Positions 14,346-29,396 of a stretch of 64,000 nucleotides of DNA are shown one piece after another. The stretch covers positions 13,268,001-13,332,000 of the forward strand of contig NC_091285.1 in assembly GCF_032444005.1 (NCBI RefSeq). Direction: 5' to 3'. The DNA comes from Ranitomeya imitator (taxonomy: Eukaryota). The translations under genes and the position numbers were made by a program. Numbering within the stretch: the first letter of the stretch is position 1; every line of letters begins with the position of its first letter. The notes below the pieces were generated by a model. It was not told the DNA's origin and ran no database searches. It saw only the letters and a list, made by a program, of their open reading frames with translations.

Positions 14346-14533
14346 TACTCACCTACTGTATTCTCACCCGTCCCTTGTAGATTGTGAGCCTTCGCGGGCA
14401 GGGTCCTCCCTCCTCCGGTACCAGTTATGACTTGTATTGTTTAAGATTATTGTACTTGTTTTTATTATGTATACCCCTCCTCACATGTAAAACGCCATGG
14501 AAAAAATGGCGCTATAACAATAAATAATAATAA
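14346..14533 (+). mobile_element. L2 LINE 3' tail
   Basis: Same 3' UTR, terminal hairpin and (ATA)n as the other L2 copies. Confidence 0.75.
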
Positions 14534-16577
14534 TAGATATATATAGATAGATAGATAGATAGATCCAGTGTGTGCAGAGTGTGGGGGGCAATGTCCACAT
14601 TAGGGGTCACAGGAATCACAACCTTCCATCATTAAGCTAAAATGTCATATAACACACCAATCTCACTATCATGTCATGTACTCCCATATAGTGCTGTGTA
14701 CCCCAATATTGTGCTATATACCTAAATATAGTTCGGTATACATCAGCGTAGTGCTTCATAACCTCCAAATTGTGCCATATAATGTTTAGTTATATAGCGC
14801 CAACATATTTCGCAACACGTTACAATGTAATAACTCATATACGACAGTCGTAACAATGTGAAAAATAATACAATAATTAAAGCTAAATAATGACGATCCT
14901 GCACATGAGAGCTTACAATCAACAATCATGTGGTGGGGAGATAAAGTACAGGGGCTTATTTACAATGATGGTCCAGCCATCTTGAGGGAATGGGGATAAA
15001 GGATGCTTGAGCTGTGGAGTTTACTAGTTATCAGAGGTAGAGAATGGACTATATAAGTATAAAAAGAACTTTGATTAGGGAACGTGATAGGTCGCGAGGG
15101 ATTGTCTAAACTCTATAACTTGTGACCTCAGAAAGAGTACATGCCTAGGAAAGGCAGCTTTGACAAAAGATAAATGCATCCAAAAACTAGAACAAGAGAA
15201 AGCTATAGCCTTAAAATAGTAAACATACTTTATTTCAATCACAAGACATAAAAAAGCATTATCATAAAGGTAAGTAAAAAATGGGTTATGCGGATACAGA
15301 GTGCAAATGATATAATCGCCCCAGACTAGAACCAGGCAATGTCATGGGTCATTAAGTGCAGGGTATAGTAAAGAGCATACAAACGCTTCTAATGGCTAAT
15401 AAAGTGCTGATGTGCTTTGGTGCAGCGGTTCTATATGCAAAAAGAGCTGATAGGCCAAGGATTGTACGTTAGTGCAAATATAAATATATCCTAGTGGATG
15501 ATGTGGCCTAACTATATTGTCAGCGGTTAAGTAAGTGCTGCTGTAGCGAACTGACGTGGTGACCCAGAATGGATAAGGCACAGTGGCAAGGACACATTAC
15601 CTGCAGCCGTGGAGCGATTCCCCGACGCGCGTTTCGCGTGTAGCTTTGACGAGGGGTAAGATGCAAAGTGGTGTTACCGGCTTATATCATGTGGGGACAT
15701 AATGGCAGCGGCTGAGGCGGCGCTTCCGCCGGGAGGATCCGCCGACGTCATCGGGCCTCGGCGTCATGTGGCGGTGCTCCTCCCCGCTCGACGCATCAGA
15801 GCTGGGAGGCTGCATCGTACCACAATAGACGCGTTGCCCCGGCAACGCTCAAGCAGGACGCCCAGCGGGAGCGCACACCGCTGCAGAGGCGGATTCAGCA
15901 GGTACTCAGTGTGTACGGCGAACAGCAAACAGGGACTAAGCAGGGGGAAACAATGCCCTATGTCTGAAGGAAATCTCTGTGAGAGAATGGTGTGTGCAAA
16001 GGTACATTTGGGGCTTATAAATAAAGAGAAAACACAAGTGCATAAATGAGAAAGCATTAGAATGGGAAGATGTGTGGTGTGGGCAGGGACTGCTCCGGGG
16101 CAAGGAATAAAGGGGATAAAGGGGAAAGGTGCATATATAGGCAGAAGTTACATCTAAAGAATATTCTGCCAATTAAAGAGAACAAAAAATAGGGAAATAT
16201 ATATATAAAAATACGTCAGTTTATGCAAGAAGGACAAGGGTGCCAAATAGTCTAAAAACTTTGATATATGCAACAGTGGATCAAAAAACAGACATATGTA
16301 TCAATAAAAAGCATATATATGATTAACATAGTGTGAGAATTTCCAAGACTCCAATACGGAGAGAACTTGTCCTCATCTGGAATGGGTTATGCCGTTTGCA
16401 GTATGATGTAATTTGCAGATCTATTTCACTACGCCGCAGCAGTGTCCATCATGTCCATGAATTTCAAAGGAAAGAAGAGCATCGTAGACGAAATACATAG
16501 GTGAAACTGTTGTAGAAGAAAAGCATAAGTGTAAATATAAAAACATGATAAAAGCACTAAAAAATACATAAAATAAA

Positions 16578-19500
16578 TTAGAGAAATGGGGCAAAACTGA
16601 GAATTTCATTTAAACCATATGGTTGAACTGACCCTATTCTGTGGATCCACCGGGCCTCCAGCTGGACAAGGGATTTCCTCCAATTACCCCCTCTAGCATC
16701 TATGTGAATTTTGTCTATCCCAAAGGCTTTTAAAAGGGAGGCATCACAGCCGTGTGCCACCTTAAAATGCCTAGGTACCGGTTTTAAAATGGCAAGGTCT
16801 TCAATCCCCTGGGCATTAATAATGTCCCGATAGTGTTCTCTGATTCTCGTTTTAAGCGGTCTCAAAGTAAGGCCTACATAAATTTTAGAACAGGGGCAAG
16901 AAATATAGTAGACTACCCCAATAGTATCACAAGTTATGTGTTGGGTTATTGAAAACGTCGTTCTCCCATCCCAAGATTTGAATGCGGTGGCCCGTACCAT
17001 ATTGGGGCAGGCAATACAATTGCCGCAAGGGTAAAAGCCCCATTTAGGACCTTTGGATGAAAACGCCTTTTCCGGGGTGGTCCCCGAGTAGTAGCTCCGG
17101 ACCAATTGGTCCTTGAGGTTGGGGGATTTTCTGTATGTGATAGAGGGTCGATCCGGGAGATGCTTTGCGAGGGTATGGTCGACCCTTAGGAGGGGCCAAT
17201 ATTTTGTGAGCGCTGCTGACATATCTTTCCAATTTTGATTGTATGTGGTGATAAAACGGATTTTCGTATCAAAGGTAGTTTTATTGCGAGGTTTCAGTAG
17301 GTCAGTACGGTTGGCCTTTTCGGCTCTCTTTAGTCCCCTCTTTATACTTCTATTGGAGTATCCTCTGTCCTGGAAGCGTGTAGCTAATGCGGCTGCCTGT
17401 TCGAAGAAGTGCCCGTCATCAGAGCATATGCGTCTTACTCTGAGAAATTGCCCAATCGGGATACTAGAGATAAGGGGCCGAGGGTGGGAAGAGGTGGCAT
17501 GCAGGAGGGAGTTCACTGCGGTCTCTTTGCGGAATATACTGGTTTATAATAATAATATAATAATAATAATTTTTATTTATATAGCGCCAACATATTCCGC
17601 AGCGCTTTACAAATTATAGAGGGGACTTGTACATACAATAGACATTACAGCATAACAGAAATACAGTTCAAAACAGATACCAGGAGGAATGAGGACCCTG
17701 CTCGTAAGCTTACAAACTATGAGGAAAAGGGGAGACACGAGAGGTGGATGGTAACAATTGCTATAGTTATTCGGACCAGCCATAGTGTAAGGCTTGGGTG
17801 TTCATGTAAAGCTGCATGAACCAGTTAATTAATTTTTTTTTTTTTTTTTAATATAGGCCACACAGGGATCGTTAGGTTAATGCATTGAGGCGGTAGGCCA
17901 GTCTGAACAAATGAGTTTTTAGGGCACGCTTAAAACTGTGGGGATTGGGGATTAATCGTATTATCCTAGGTAGTGCATTCCAAAGAATCGGCGCAGCACG
18001 TGTAAAGTCTTGGAGACGGGAGTGGGAGGTTCTGATTATTGAGGATGCTAACCTGAGGTCATCAGCGGAGCGGAGGGCACGGGTAGGGTGGTAGACTGAG
18101 ACCAGAGAGGAGATGTAGGGTGGTGCTGAGCCATGGAGTGCTTTGTGGATGAGGGTAGTAGTTTTGTACTGGATTCTTGAGTGGATGGGTAACCAGTGTA
18201 ATGACTGGCACAAGGTAGAGGCATCGGTGTAACGGTTGGTGAGGAATATGATCCTGGCAGCAGCATTCAGGACAGATTGGAGCGGGGAGAGTTTGGTAAG
18301 AGGGAGGCCGATTAGTAGAGAGTTACAATAGTCCAGACGAGAATGAATAAGTGAAACAGTAAGAGTTTTTGCAGAGTCGAAAGTAAGAAAAGGGCGAATT
18401 CTAGAAATGTTTTTGAGATGCAGGTAAGAAGAGCGAGCCAGTGATCGGATGTGGGGGGTGAATGAAAGGTCAGAATCAAGGATGACCCCAAGGCAGCGGG
18501 CATGTTGCTTTGGAGTAATGGTGGAACCGCAAACGGAGATGGCAATGTCAGGCAAAGGTAGGTTAGTAGAGGGAGAAAACACGAGGAGTTCAGTTTTTGA
18601 CAGGTTTAGTTTCAGATAGAGGGAGGACATGATGCTAGAGACAGCGGTAAGACAATCACTGGTGTTTTCTAATAAGGCAGGCGTGAGATGGTTTCCAAAC
18701 ATCCCCCTGGGGGGCCTAGTATTTGGATATCTAGGAAATCAATAGAAGTCTGGCTGCGTTTGTGGGTCAGTCTTATGTTGTATCCATTATCATTCAATAT
18801 CCCAATGAACTCCAGGAGGTCCTGCTCTGGACCCTGCCATACCATAAGGATATCATCTATATAGCGGGCCCAGAACAGGACCCGCTCGATATGGGCTACA
18901 GGTTTAGTGAAAAAAATGTCCCTTTCCCACATTCCCATAAAGAGATTTGCGTAGGAAGATGCAAAAGCCGCACCCATTGCGGTCCCCTGCTGTTGTTGGT
19001 AGATGCTCTGCTTGAAAATAAAGAAATTGTGCTCAAGAGCAAACCTAAGAAGGGTAAGGAGAAAAAGAACAAAATCGGGTTGGTATTCCGACATTTCAAG
19101 GAATATTTGTGTGGCCCTGATACCATGTTGGTGCTGAATAGAGGTATATAGGGATTCAACGTCCAAAGTTACCAACCACATGTCAGAATCTAAAGGGATA
19201 CCTTCTATTTTTCTGAGAACGTCACTCGTGTCTTTGACGTAAGAGGGGAGATCTGCGACTAGAGGTTTGAGGTAATGATCCAGGTATTTGCAAATAGTTT
19301 CTATCAAGCTACCATTACCAGAAACGATAGGGTGTCCAGGGGGGTTAAGTGCGTTTTTGTGGATTTTGGGTATGAAGTATATACACGCCATCCTCGGGTA
19401 GAGTGGAACTAGATGGTTTTTCAAATCCGCGGTTATGAGACCCTGATCGAATGCTTTATCCAAAATATCCTGCAACTCCCCCTTAAATTTGACCGATTGG

Positions 19501-20762
19501 TTAAACGTCAATTTTTTGTAGCAGGAAATGTCCCTTAGCTGTCGAAAAGCCTCCCTCTCATACATGTGTATGGGCCATACCACCACATTACCCCCCTTGT
19601 CTGCCTGTTTAATTATGACCCCTTTTAGCTTCTTGAGTTCGGAAAGGGCTGACCTTTGTGAGAAGGTAAGATTGTGATTGGTTACAGGAGTTTTAATCCG
19701 TTCAAATTCCTGGGTGACGAGTTTTACATATAATTCAATGTTGGGAAATAGGTTGAGTGGTGGAAATTTTTTGGGGACGGGAGGAATAAATTTACCTGAA
19801 GGTGTAGGGTCTGGTGGCTCGTCACTGAGTTCCTCAAGGATGGCAATGGCTCGCAGCTCATCCTCAGACCACACATCCTCAGATCCTGGTTTATCATGAA
19901 GTTTTTTCAACACTAGCTTACGGGCAAAAAGTTGGAGGTCTTTGATGGCTAGGAAGGGATCAAAAGCGGATGAAGGTGAGAAAGACAAGCCCAAACTGAG
20001 AACCTCAATTTGTGATGGTGATAGGGTGATATCAGAGAGGTTAATTACCTGCAGTTTGGAAGAAGATGCATTACCCGGTCGTACATGGGTTTTAGTAGGC
20101 GTATAACTTTTTTTACTGGGTTTGTCCTTACGCAGGTTATAGGCTCGCTGCTGAGAGCTGCCACTTTCCCTTGAGGAAGTAGATGATATAGAGGACGAGC
20201 GTATAGTTGTCCGCTCACGTCTTTCACCAGAGGGCCATTTGTATATGGAGCCATTATTAAAGTCACTCAAGTCCCTTTGAAACTTCCTGGCCTTGGTCTC
20301 TTTCACCTCTTTTTCCCATATAACAAATTGGTTGTCAATATCCTTATTGATTGCCTCAATTTCTACAGCCGGAAGATTATCCAGCAATTTGGAGCGAGTA
20401 GATTCAATATCCGTATCTAATTTTTCAAGGGTTTTTTTATTGTTCCTTATTAAGAGTTCGATCAGTGACTTGGAGCAGGAGGTACAGGATTCCTCCCATC
20501 TAGTTCTAAAAGTGGCATCCTCAATAGGAAAAGAAGGCATTATGCGTACACGCAGACCCCTGGGTATCAGTCCCTTGGCCAGATAGCTCTCTAAAGAGGC
20601 TTTGTTCCACCAGGTCCGAGTTCTTTTTTTGAGAAGATATTTCAGTGTATTTCTCAACTCAGTTTTTTGCCCATTTTCAGTAGTACTAAATTGCACAGTG
20701 TCTCCACAAAATACCGTATCTACACAAGAGAGCCAGGTTTTGTCCCTTGCTTTGTAATCCAT
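16578..20762 (-). pseudogene. PLE ORF copy 1 (RT + GIY-YIG endonuclease), interrupted by L2
   Basis: ATG at 20762; RT motifs LDVESLYT, QGTAMG, RYIDD; CGNCIAC linker and KIYVG; ORF resumes after the insertion. Confidence 0.92.
17546..18688 (-). mobile_element. 5'-truncated L2 LINE inside PLE copy 1
   Basis: 276-aa RT C-terminal ORF, (ATA)n tail, TGGTTT duplicated at 17540-17545 and 18689-18694. Confidence 0.9.
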
Positions 20763-22262
20763 CCTGGCACGTGGATGAAAACCTGTAACTGGTACAGAAA
20801 ACAACAATAACCTCAGAAAGAGTACATGCCTAGGAAAGGCAGCTTTGACAAAAGATAAATGCATCCAAAAACTAGAACAAGAGAAAGCTATAGCCTTAAA
20901 ATAGTAAACATACTTTATTTCAATCACAAGACATAAAAAAGCATTATCATAAAGGTAAGTAAAAAATGGGTTATGCGGATACAGAGTGCAAATGATATAA
21001 TCGCCCCAGACTAGAACCAGGCAATGTCATGGGTCATTAAGTGCAGGGTATAGTAAAGAGCATACAAACGCTTCTAATGGCTAATAAAGTGCTGATGTGC
21101 TTTGGTGCAGCGGTTCTATATGCAAAAAGAGCTGATAGGCCAAGGATTGTACGTTAGTGCAAATATAAATATATCCTAGTGGATGATGTGGCCTAACTAT
21201 ATTGTCAGCGGTTAAGTAAGTGCTGCTGTAGCGAACGGACGTGGTGACCCAGAATGGATAAGGCACAGTGGCAAGGACACATTACCTGCAGCCGTGGAGC
21301 GATTCCCCGACGCGCGTTTCGCGTGTAGCTTTGACGAGGGGTAAGATGCAAAGTGGTGTTACCGGCTTATATCATGTGGGGACATAATGGCAGCGGCTGA
21401 GGCGGCGCTTCCGCCGGGAGGATCCGCCGACGTCATCGGGCCTCGGCGTCATGTGGCGGTGCTCCTCCCCGCTCGACGCGTCAGAGCTGGGAGGCTGCAT
21501 CGTACCACAATAGACGCGTTGCCCCGGCAACGCTCAAGCAGGACGCCCAGCGGGAGCGCACACCGCTGCAGAGGCGGATTCAGCAGGTACTCAGTGTGTA
21601 CGGCGAACAGCAAACAGGGACTAAGCAGGGGGAAACAATGCCCTATGTCTGAAGGAAATCTCTGTGAGAGAATGGTGTGTGCAAAGGTACATTTGGGGCT
21701 TATAAATAAAGAGAAAACACAAGTGCATAAATGGGAAAGCATTAGAATGGGAAGATGTGTGGTGTGGGCAGGGACTGCTCTGGGGCAAGGAATAAAGGGG
21801 ATAAAGGGGAAAGGTGCATATATAGGCAGAAGTTACATCTAAAGAATATTCTGCCAATTAAAGAGAACAAAAAATAGGGAAATATATATATAAAAATACG
21901 TCAGTTTATGCAAGAAGGACAAGGGTGCCAAATAGTCTAAAAACTTTGATATATGCAACAGTGGATCAAAAAACAGACATATGTATCAATAAAAAGCATA
22001 TATATGATTAACATAGTGTGAGAATTTCCAAGACTCCAATACGGAGAGAACTTGTCCTCATCTGGAATGGGTTATGCCGTTTGCAGTATGATGTAATTTG
22101 CAGATCTATTTCACTACGCCGCAGCAGTGTCCATCATGTCCATGAATTTCAAAGGAAAGAAGAGCATCGTAGACGAAATACATAGGTGAAACTGTTGTAG
22201 AAGAAAAGCATAAGTGTAAATATAAAAACATGATAAAAGCACTAAAAAATACATAAAATAAA

Positions 22263-24593
22263 TTAGAGAAATGGGGCAAAACTGAGAATTTCATTTAAAC
22301 TATATGGTTGAACTGACCCTATTCTGTGGATCCACCGGGCCTCCAGCTGGGCAAGGGATTTCCTCCAATTACCCCCTCTAGCATCTATGTGAATTTTGTC
22401 TATCCCAAAGGCTTTTAAAAGGGAGGCATCACAGCCGTGTGCCACCTTAAAATGCCTAGGTACCGGTTTTAAAATGGCAAGGTCTTCAATCCCCTGGGCA
22501 TTAATAATGTCCCGATAGTGTTCTCTGATTCTCGTTTTAAGCGGTCTCAAAGTAAGGCCTACATAAATTTTAGAACAGGGGCAAGAAATATAGTAGACTA
22601 CCCCAATAGTATCACAAGTTATGTGTTGGGTTATTGAAAACGTCGTTCTCCCATCCCAAGATTTGAATGTGGTGGCCCGTACCATATTGGGGCAGGCAAT
22701 ACAATTGCCGCAAGGGTAAAAGCCCCATTTAGGACCTTTGGATGAAAACGCCTTTTCCGGGGTGGTCCCCGAGTAGTAGCTCCGGACCAATTGGTCCTTG
22801 AGGTTGGGGGATTTTCTGTATGTGATAGAGGGTCGATCCGGGAGATGCTTTGCGAGGGTATGGTCGACCCTTAGGAGGGGCCAATATTTTGTGAGCGCTG
22901 CTGACATATCTTTCCAATTTTGATTGTATGTGGTGATAAAACGGATTTTCGTATCAAAGGTAGTTTTATTGCGAGGTTTCAGTAGGTCAGTACGGTTGGC
23001 CTTTTCGGCTCTCTTTAGTCCCCTCTTTATACTTCTATTGGAGTATCCTCTGTCCTGGAAGCGTGTAGCTAATGCGGCTGCCTGTTCGAAGAAGTGCCCG
23101 TCATCAGAGCATATGCGTCTTACTCTGAGAAATTGCCCAATCGGGATACTAGAGATAAGGGGCCGAGGGTGGGAAGAGGTGGCATGCAGGAGGGAGTTCA
23201 CTGCGGTCTCTTTGCGGAATATACTGGTTTCCAAACATCCCCCTGGGGGGCCTAGTATTTGGATATCTAGGAAATCAATAGAAGTCTGGCTGCGTTTGTG
23301 GGTCAGTCTTATGTTGTATCCATTATCATTCAATATCCCAATGAACTCCAGGAGGTCCTGCTCTGGACCCTGCCATACCATAAGGATATCATCTATATAG
23401 CGGGCCCAGAACAGGACCCGCTCGATATGGGCTACAGGTTTAGTGAAAAAAATTTCCCTTTCCCACATTCCCATAAAGAGATTTGCGTAGGAAGATGCAA
23501 AAGCCGCACCCATTGCGGTCCCCTGCTGTTGTTGGTAGATGCTCTGCTTGAAAATAAAGAAATTGTGCTCAAGAGCAAACCTAAGAAGGGTAAGGAGAAA
23601 AAGAACAAAATCGGGTTGGTATTCCGACATTTCAAGGAATATTTGTGTGGCCCTGATACCATGTTGGTGCTGAATAGAGGTATATAGGGATTCAACGTCC
23701 AAAGTTACCAACCACATGTCAGAATCTAAAGGGATACCTTCTATTTTTCTGAGAACGTCACTCGTGTCTTTGACGTAAGAGGGGAGATCTGCGACTAGAG
23801 GTTTGAGGTAATGATCCAGGTATTTGCAAATAGTTTCTGTCAAGCTACCATTACCAGAAACGATAGGGCGTCCAGGGGGGTTAAGTGCGTTTTTGTGGAT
23901 TTTGGGTATGAAGTATATACACGCCATCCTCGGGTAGAGTGGAACTAGATGGTTTTTCAAATCCGCGGTTATGAGACCCTGATCGAATGCTTTATCCAAA
24001 ATATCCTGCAACTCCCCCTTAAATTTGACCGAGGGGTTAAACGTCAATTTTTTGTAGCAGGAAATGTCCCTTAGCTGTCGAAAAGCCTCCCTCTCATACA
24101 TGTGTATGGGCCATACCACCACATTACCCCCCTTGTCTGCCTGTTTAATTATGACCCCTTTTAGCTTCTTGAGTTCGGAAAGGGCTGACCTTTGTGAGAA
24201 GGTAAGATTGTGATTGGTTACAGGAGTTTTAATCCGTTCAAATTCCTGGGTGACGAGATTTACATATAATTCAATGTTGGGAAATAGGTTGAGTGGTGGA
24301 AATTTTTTGGGGACGGGAGGAATAAATTTACCTGAAGGTGTAGGGTCTGGTGGCTCGTCACTGAGTTCCTCAAGGATGGCAATGGCTCGCAGCTCATCCT
24401 CAGACCACACATCCTCAGATCCTGGTTTATCATGAAGTTTTTTCAACACTAGCTTACGGGCAAAAAGTTGGAGGTCTTTGATGGCTAGGAAGGGATCAAA
24501 AGCGGATGAAGGTGAGAAAGACAAGCCCAAACTGAGAACCTCAATTTGTGATGGTGATAGGGTGATATCAGAGAGGTTAATTACCTGCAGTTT
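22263..24593 (-). pseudogene. PLE ORF copy 2, N-terminal ~0.8 kb deleted
   Basis: Open RT+EN frame from KLQVINLS to FAPFL; deletion junction shows AAA(G)CTGC microhomology. Confidence 0.9.
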
Positions 24594-25438
24594 TGACAAA
24601 AGATAAATGCATCCAAAAACTAGAACAAGAGAAAGCTATAGCCTTAAAATAGTAAACATACTTTATTTCAATCACAAGACATAAAAAAGCATTATCATAA
24701 AGGTAAGTAAAAAATGGGTTATGCGGATACAGAGTGCAAATGATATAATCGCCCCAGACTAGAACCAGGCAATGTCATGGGTCATTAAGTGCAGGGTATA
24801 GTAAAGAGCATACAAACGCTTCTAATGGCTAATAAAGTGCTGATGTGCTTTGGTGCAGCGGTTCTATATGCAAAAAGAGCTGATAGGCCAAGGATTGTAC
24901 GTTAGTGCAAATATAAATATATCCTAGTGGATGATGTGGCCTAACTATATTGTCAGCGGTTAAGTAAGTGCTGCTGTAGCGAACTGACGTGGTGACCCAG
25001 AATGGATAAGGCACAGTGGCAAGGACACATTACCTGCAGCCGTGGAGCGATTCCCCGACGCGCGTTTCGCGTGTAGCTTTGACGAGGGGTAAGATGCAAA
25101 GTGGTGTTACTAGGATATATTTATATTTGCACTAACGTACAATCCTTGGCCTATCTGCACTTAATGACCCATGACATTGCCTGGTTCTAGTCTGGGGCGA
25201 TTATATAATTTGCACTCTGTATCCGCATAACCCATTTTTTACTTACCTTTATGATAATGCTTTTTTATGTCTTGTGATTGAAATAAAGTATGTTTACTAT
25301 TTTAAGGCTATAGCTTTCTCTTGTTCTAGTTTTTGGATGCATTTATCTTTTGTCAAAGCTGCCTTTCCTAGGCATGTACTCTTTCTGAGGTTATTGTTGT
25401 TTTCTGTACCAGTTACAGGTTTTCATCCACGTGCCAGG

Positions 25439-28400
25439 ATGGATTACAAAGCAAGGGACAAAACCTGGCTCTCTTGTGTAGATACGGTATTTTGTGGAGA
25501 CACTGTGCAATTTAGTACTACTGAAAATGGGCAAAAAACTGAGTTGAGAAATACACTGAAATATCTTCTCAAAAAAAGAACTCGGACCTGGTGGAACAAA
25601 GCCTCTTTAGAGAGCTATCTGGCCAAGGGACTGATACCCAGGGGTCTGCGTGTACGCATAATGCCTTCTTTTCCTATTGAGGATGCCACTTTTAGAACTA
25701 GATGGGAGGAATCCTGTACCTCCTGCTCCAAGTCACTGATCGAACTCTTAATAGGGAACAATAAAAAAACCCTTGAAAAATTAGATACGGATATTGAATC
25801 TACTCGCTCCAAATTGCTGGATAATCTTCCGGCTGTAGAAATTGAGGCAATCAATAAGGATATTGACAACCAATTTGTTATATGGGAAAAAGAGGTGAAA
25901 GAGACCAAGGCCAGGAAGTTTCAAAGGGACTTGAGTGACTTTAATAATGGCTCCATATACAAATGGCCCTCTGGTGAAAGACGTGAGCGGACAACTATAC
26001 GCTCGTCCTCTATATCATCTACTTCCTCAAGGGAAAGTGGCAGCTCTCAGCAGCGAGCCTATAACCTGCGTAAGGACAAACCCAGTAAAAAAAGTTATAC
26101 GCCTACTAAAACCCATGTACGACCGGGTAATGCATCTTCTTCCAAACTGCAGGTAATTAACCTCTCTGTTATCACCCTATCACCATCACAAATTGAGGTT
26201 CTCAGTTTGGACTTGTCTTTCTCACCCTCATCCGCTTGTGATCCCTTCATAGCCATCAAAGACCTCCAACTTTTTGCCCGTAAGCTAGTGTTGAAAAAAC
26301 TTAATGATAAACCAGGATCTGAGGATGTGTGGTCTGAGGATGAGCTGCGAGCCATTGCCATCCTTGAGGAACTCAGTGACGAGCCACCAGACCCTACACC
26401 TTCAGGTAAATTTATTCCTCCCGTCCCCAAAAAATTTCCACCACTCAACCTATTTCCCAACATTGAATTATATGTAAAACTCGTCACCCAGGAATTTGAA
26501 CGGATTAAAACTCCTGTAACCAATCACAATCTTACCTTCTCACAAAGGTCAGCCCTTTCCGAACTCAAGAAGCTAAAAGGGGTCATAATTAAACAGGCAG
26601 ACAAGGGGGGTAATGTGGTGGTATGGCCCATACACATGTATGAGAGGGAGGCTTTTCGACAGCTAAGGGACATTTCCTGCTACAAAAAATTGACGTTTAA
26701 CCCCTCGGTCAAATTTAAGGGGGAGTTGCAGGATATTTTGGATAAAGCATTCGATCAGGGTCTCATAACCGCGGATTTGAAAAACCATCTAGTTCCACTC
26801 TACCCGAGGATGGCGTGTATATACTTCATACCCAAAATCCACAAAAACGCACTTAACCCCCCTGGACGCCCTATCGTTTCTGGTAATGGTAGCTTGACAG
26901 AAACTATTTGCAAATACCTGGATCATTACCTCAAACCTCTAGTCGCAGATCTCCCCTCTTACGTCAAAGACACGAGTGATGTTCTCAGAAAAATAGAAGG
27001 TATCCCTTTAGATTCTGACATGTGGTTGGTAACTTTGGACGTTGAATCCCTATATACCTCTATTCAGCACCAACATGGTATCAGGGCCACACAAATATTC
27101 CTTGAAATGTCGGAATACCAACCCGATTTTGTTCTTTTTCTCCTTACCCTTCTTAGGATTGCTCTTGAGCACAATTTCTTTATTTTCAAGCAGAGCATCT
27201 ACCAACAACAGCAGGGGACCGCAATGGGTGCGGCTTTTGCATCTTCCTACGCAAATCTCTTTATGGGAATGTGGGAAAGGGACATTTTTTTTCACTAAAC
27301 CTGTAGCCCATATCGAGCGGGTCCTGTTCTGGGCCCGCTATATAGATGATATCCTTATGGTATGGCAGGGTCCAGAGCAGGACCTCCTGGAGTTCATTGG
27401 GATATTGAATGATAATGGATACAACATAAGACTGACCCACAAACGCAGCCAGACTTCTATTGATTTCCTAGATATCCAAATACTAGGCCCCCCAGGGGGA
27501 TGTTTGGAAACCAGTATATTCCGCAAAGAGACCGCAGTGAACTCCCTCCTGCATGCCACCTCTTCCCACCCTCGGCCCCTTATCTCTAGTATCCCGATTG
27601 GGCAATTTCTCAGAGTAAGACGCATATGCTCTGATGACGGGCACTTCTTCGAACAGGCAGCCGCATTAGCTACACGCTTCCAGGACAGAGGATACTCCAA
27701 TAGAAGTATAAAGAGGGGACTAAAGAGAGCCGAAAAGGCCAACCGTACTGACCTACTGAAACCTCGCAATAAAACTACCTTTGATACGAAAATCCGTTTT
27801 ATCACCACATACAATCAAAATTGGAAAGATATGTCAGCAGCGCTCACAAAATATTGGCCCCTCCTAAGGGTCGACCATACCCTCGCAAAGCATCTCCCGG
27901 ATCGACCCTCTATCACATACAGAAAATCCCCCAACCTCAAGGACCAATTGGTCCGGAGCTACTACTCGGGGTCCACCCCGGAAAAGGCGTTTTCATCCAA
28001 AGGTCCTAAATGGGGCTTTTACCCTTGCGGCAATTGTATTGCCTGCCCCAATATGGTACGGGCCACCACATTCAAATCTTGGGATGGGAGAACGACGTTT
28101 TCAATAACCCAACACATAACTTGTGATACTATTGGGGTAGTCTACTATATTTCTTGCCCCTGTTCTAAAATTTATGTAGGCCTTACTTCGAGACCGCTTA
28201 AAACGAGAATCAGAGAACACTATCGGGACATTATTAATGCCCAGGGGATTGAAGACCTTGCCATTTTAAAACCGGTACCTAGGCATTTTAAGGTGGCACA
28301 CGGCTGTGATGCCTCCCTTTTAAAAGCCTTTGGGATAGACAAAATTCACATAGATGCTAGAGGGGGTAATTGGAGGAAATCCCTTGCCCAGCTGGAGGCC

Positions 28401-28475
28401 CGGTGGATCCACAGAATAGGGTCAGTTCAACCATATGGTATAAATGAAATTCTCAGTTTTGCCCCATTTCTCTAA
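25439..28475 (+). CDS. PLE ORF copy 3, full length with a single +1 frameshift in a T-run near 27290
   Basis: ORFs 25274-27298 and 27042-28475 join if one T is removed from an 8-T run (7 T in the other copies); ATG at 25439 follows an acceptor at 25417-25418. Confidence 0.85.
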
Positions 28476-29396
28476 TTTATTTTATGTATTTTTTAGTGCT
28501 TTTATCATGTTTTTATATTTACACTTATGCTTTTCTTCTACAACAGTTTCACCTATGTATTTCGTCTACGATGCTCTTCTTTCCTTTGAAATTCATGGAC
28601 ATGATGGACACTGCTGCGGCGTAGTGAAATAGATCTGCAAATTACATCATACTGCAAACGGCATAACCCATTCCAGATGAGGACAAGTTCTCTCCGTATT
28701 GGAGTCTTGGAAATTCTCACACTATGTTAATCATATATATGCTTTTTATTGATACATATGTCTGTTTTTTGATCCACTGTTGCATATATCAAAGTTTTTA
28801 GACTATTTGGCACCCTTGTCCTTCTTGCATAAACTGACGTATTTTTATATATATATTTCCCTATTTTTTGTTCTCTTTAATTGGCAGAATATTCTTTAGA
28901 TGTAACTTCTGCCTATATATGCACCTTTCCCCTTTATCCCCTTTATTCCTTGCCCCGGAGCAGTCCCTGCCCACACCACACATCTTCCCATTCTAATGCT
29001 TTCCCATTTATGCACTTGTGTTTTCTCTTTATTTATAAGCCCCAAATGTACCTTTGCACACACCATTCTCTCACAGAGATTTCCTTCAGACATAGGGCAT
29101 TGTTTCCCCCTGCTTAGTCCCTGTTTGCTGTTCGCCGTACACACTGAGTACCTGCTGAATCCGCCTCTGCAGCGGTGTGCGCTCCCGCTGGGCGTCCTGC
29201 TTGAGCGTTGCCGGGGCAACGCGTCTATTGTGGTACGATGCAGCCTCCCAGCTCTGACGCGTCGAGCGGGGAGGAGCACCGCCACATGACGCCGAGGCCC
29301 GATGACGTCGGCGGATCCTCCCGGCGGAAGCGCCGCCTCAGCCGCTGCCATTATGTCCCCACATGATATAAGCCGGTAACACCACTTTGCATCTTA

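Noticed and set aside
15126-15175. Idea that the long-arm end is set by the intron branch point (it ends just after CTGAG, ~28 nt before the acceptor)
   Set aside because: The long-arm ends of the other two insertions do not show the same relation to a branch site
15396-16609. Short ORFs conserved in all PLE terminal repeats (61, 78, 97, 115-151 aa)
   Set aside because: Conservation is explained by recent copying; they occur on both strands with no motifs
28672-28715. Possible second hammerhead in the PLE 3' UTR (CAGATGAG...GGAAA)
   Set aside because: Helix II does not close directly on the core and no helix I/III pairing was found
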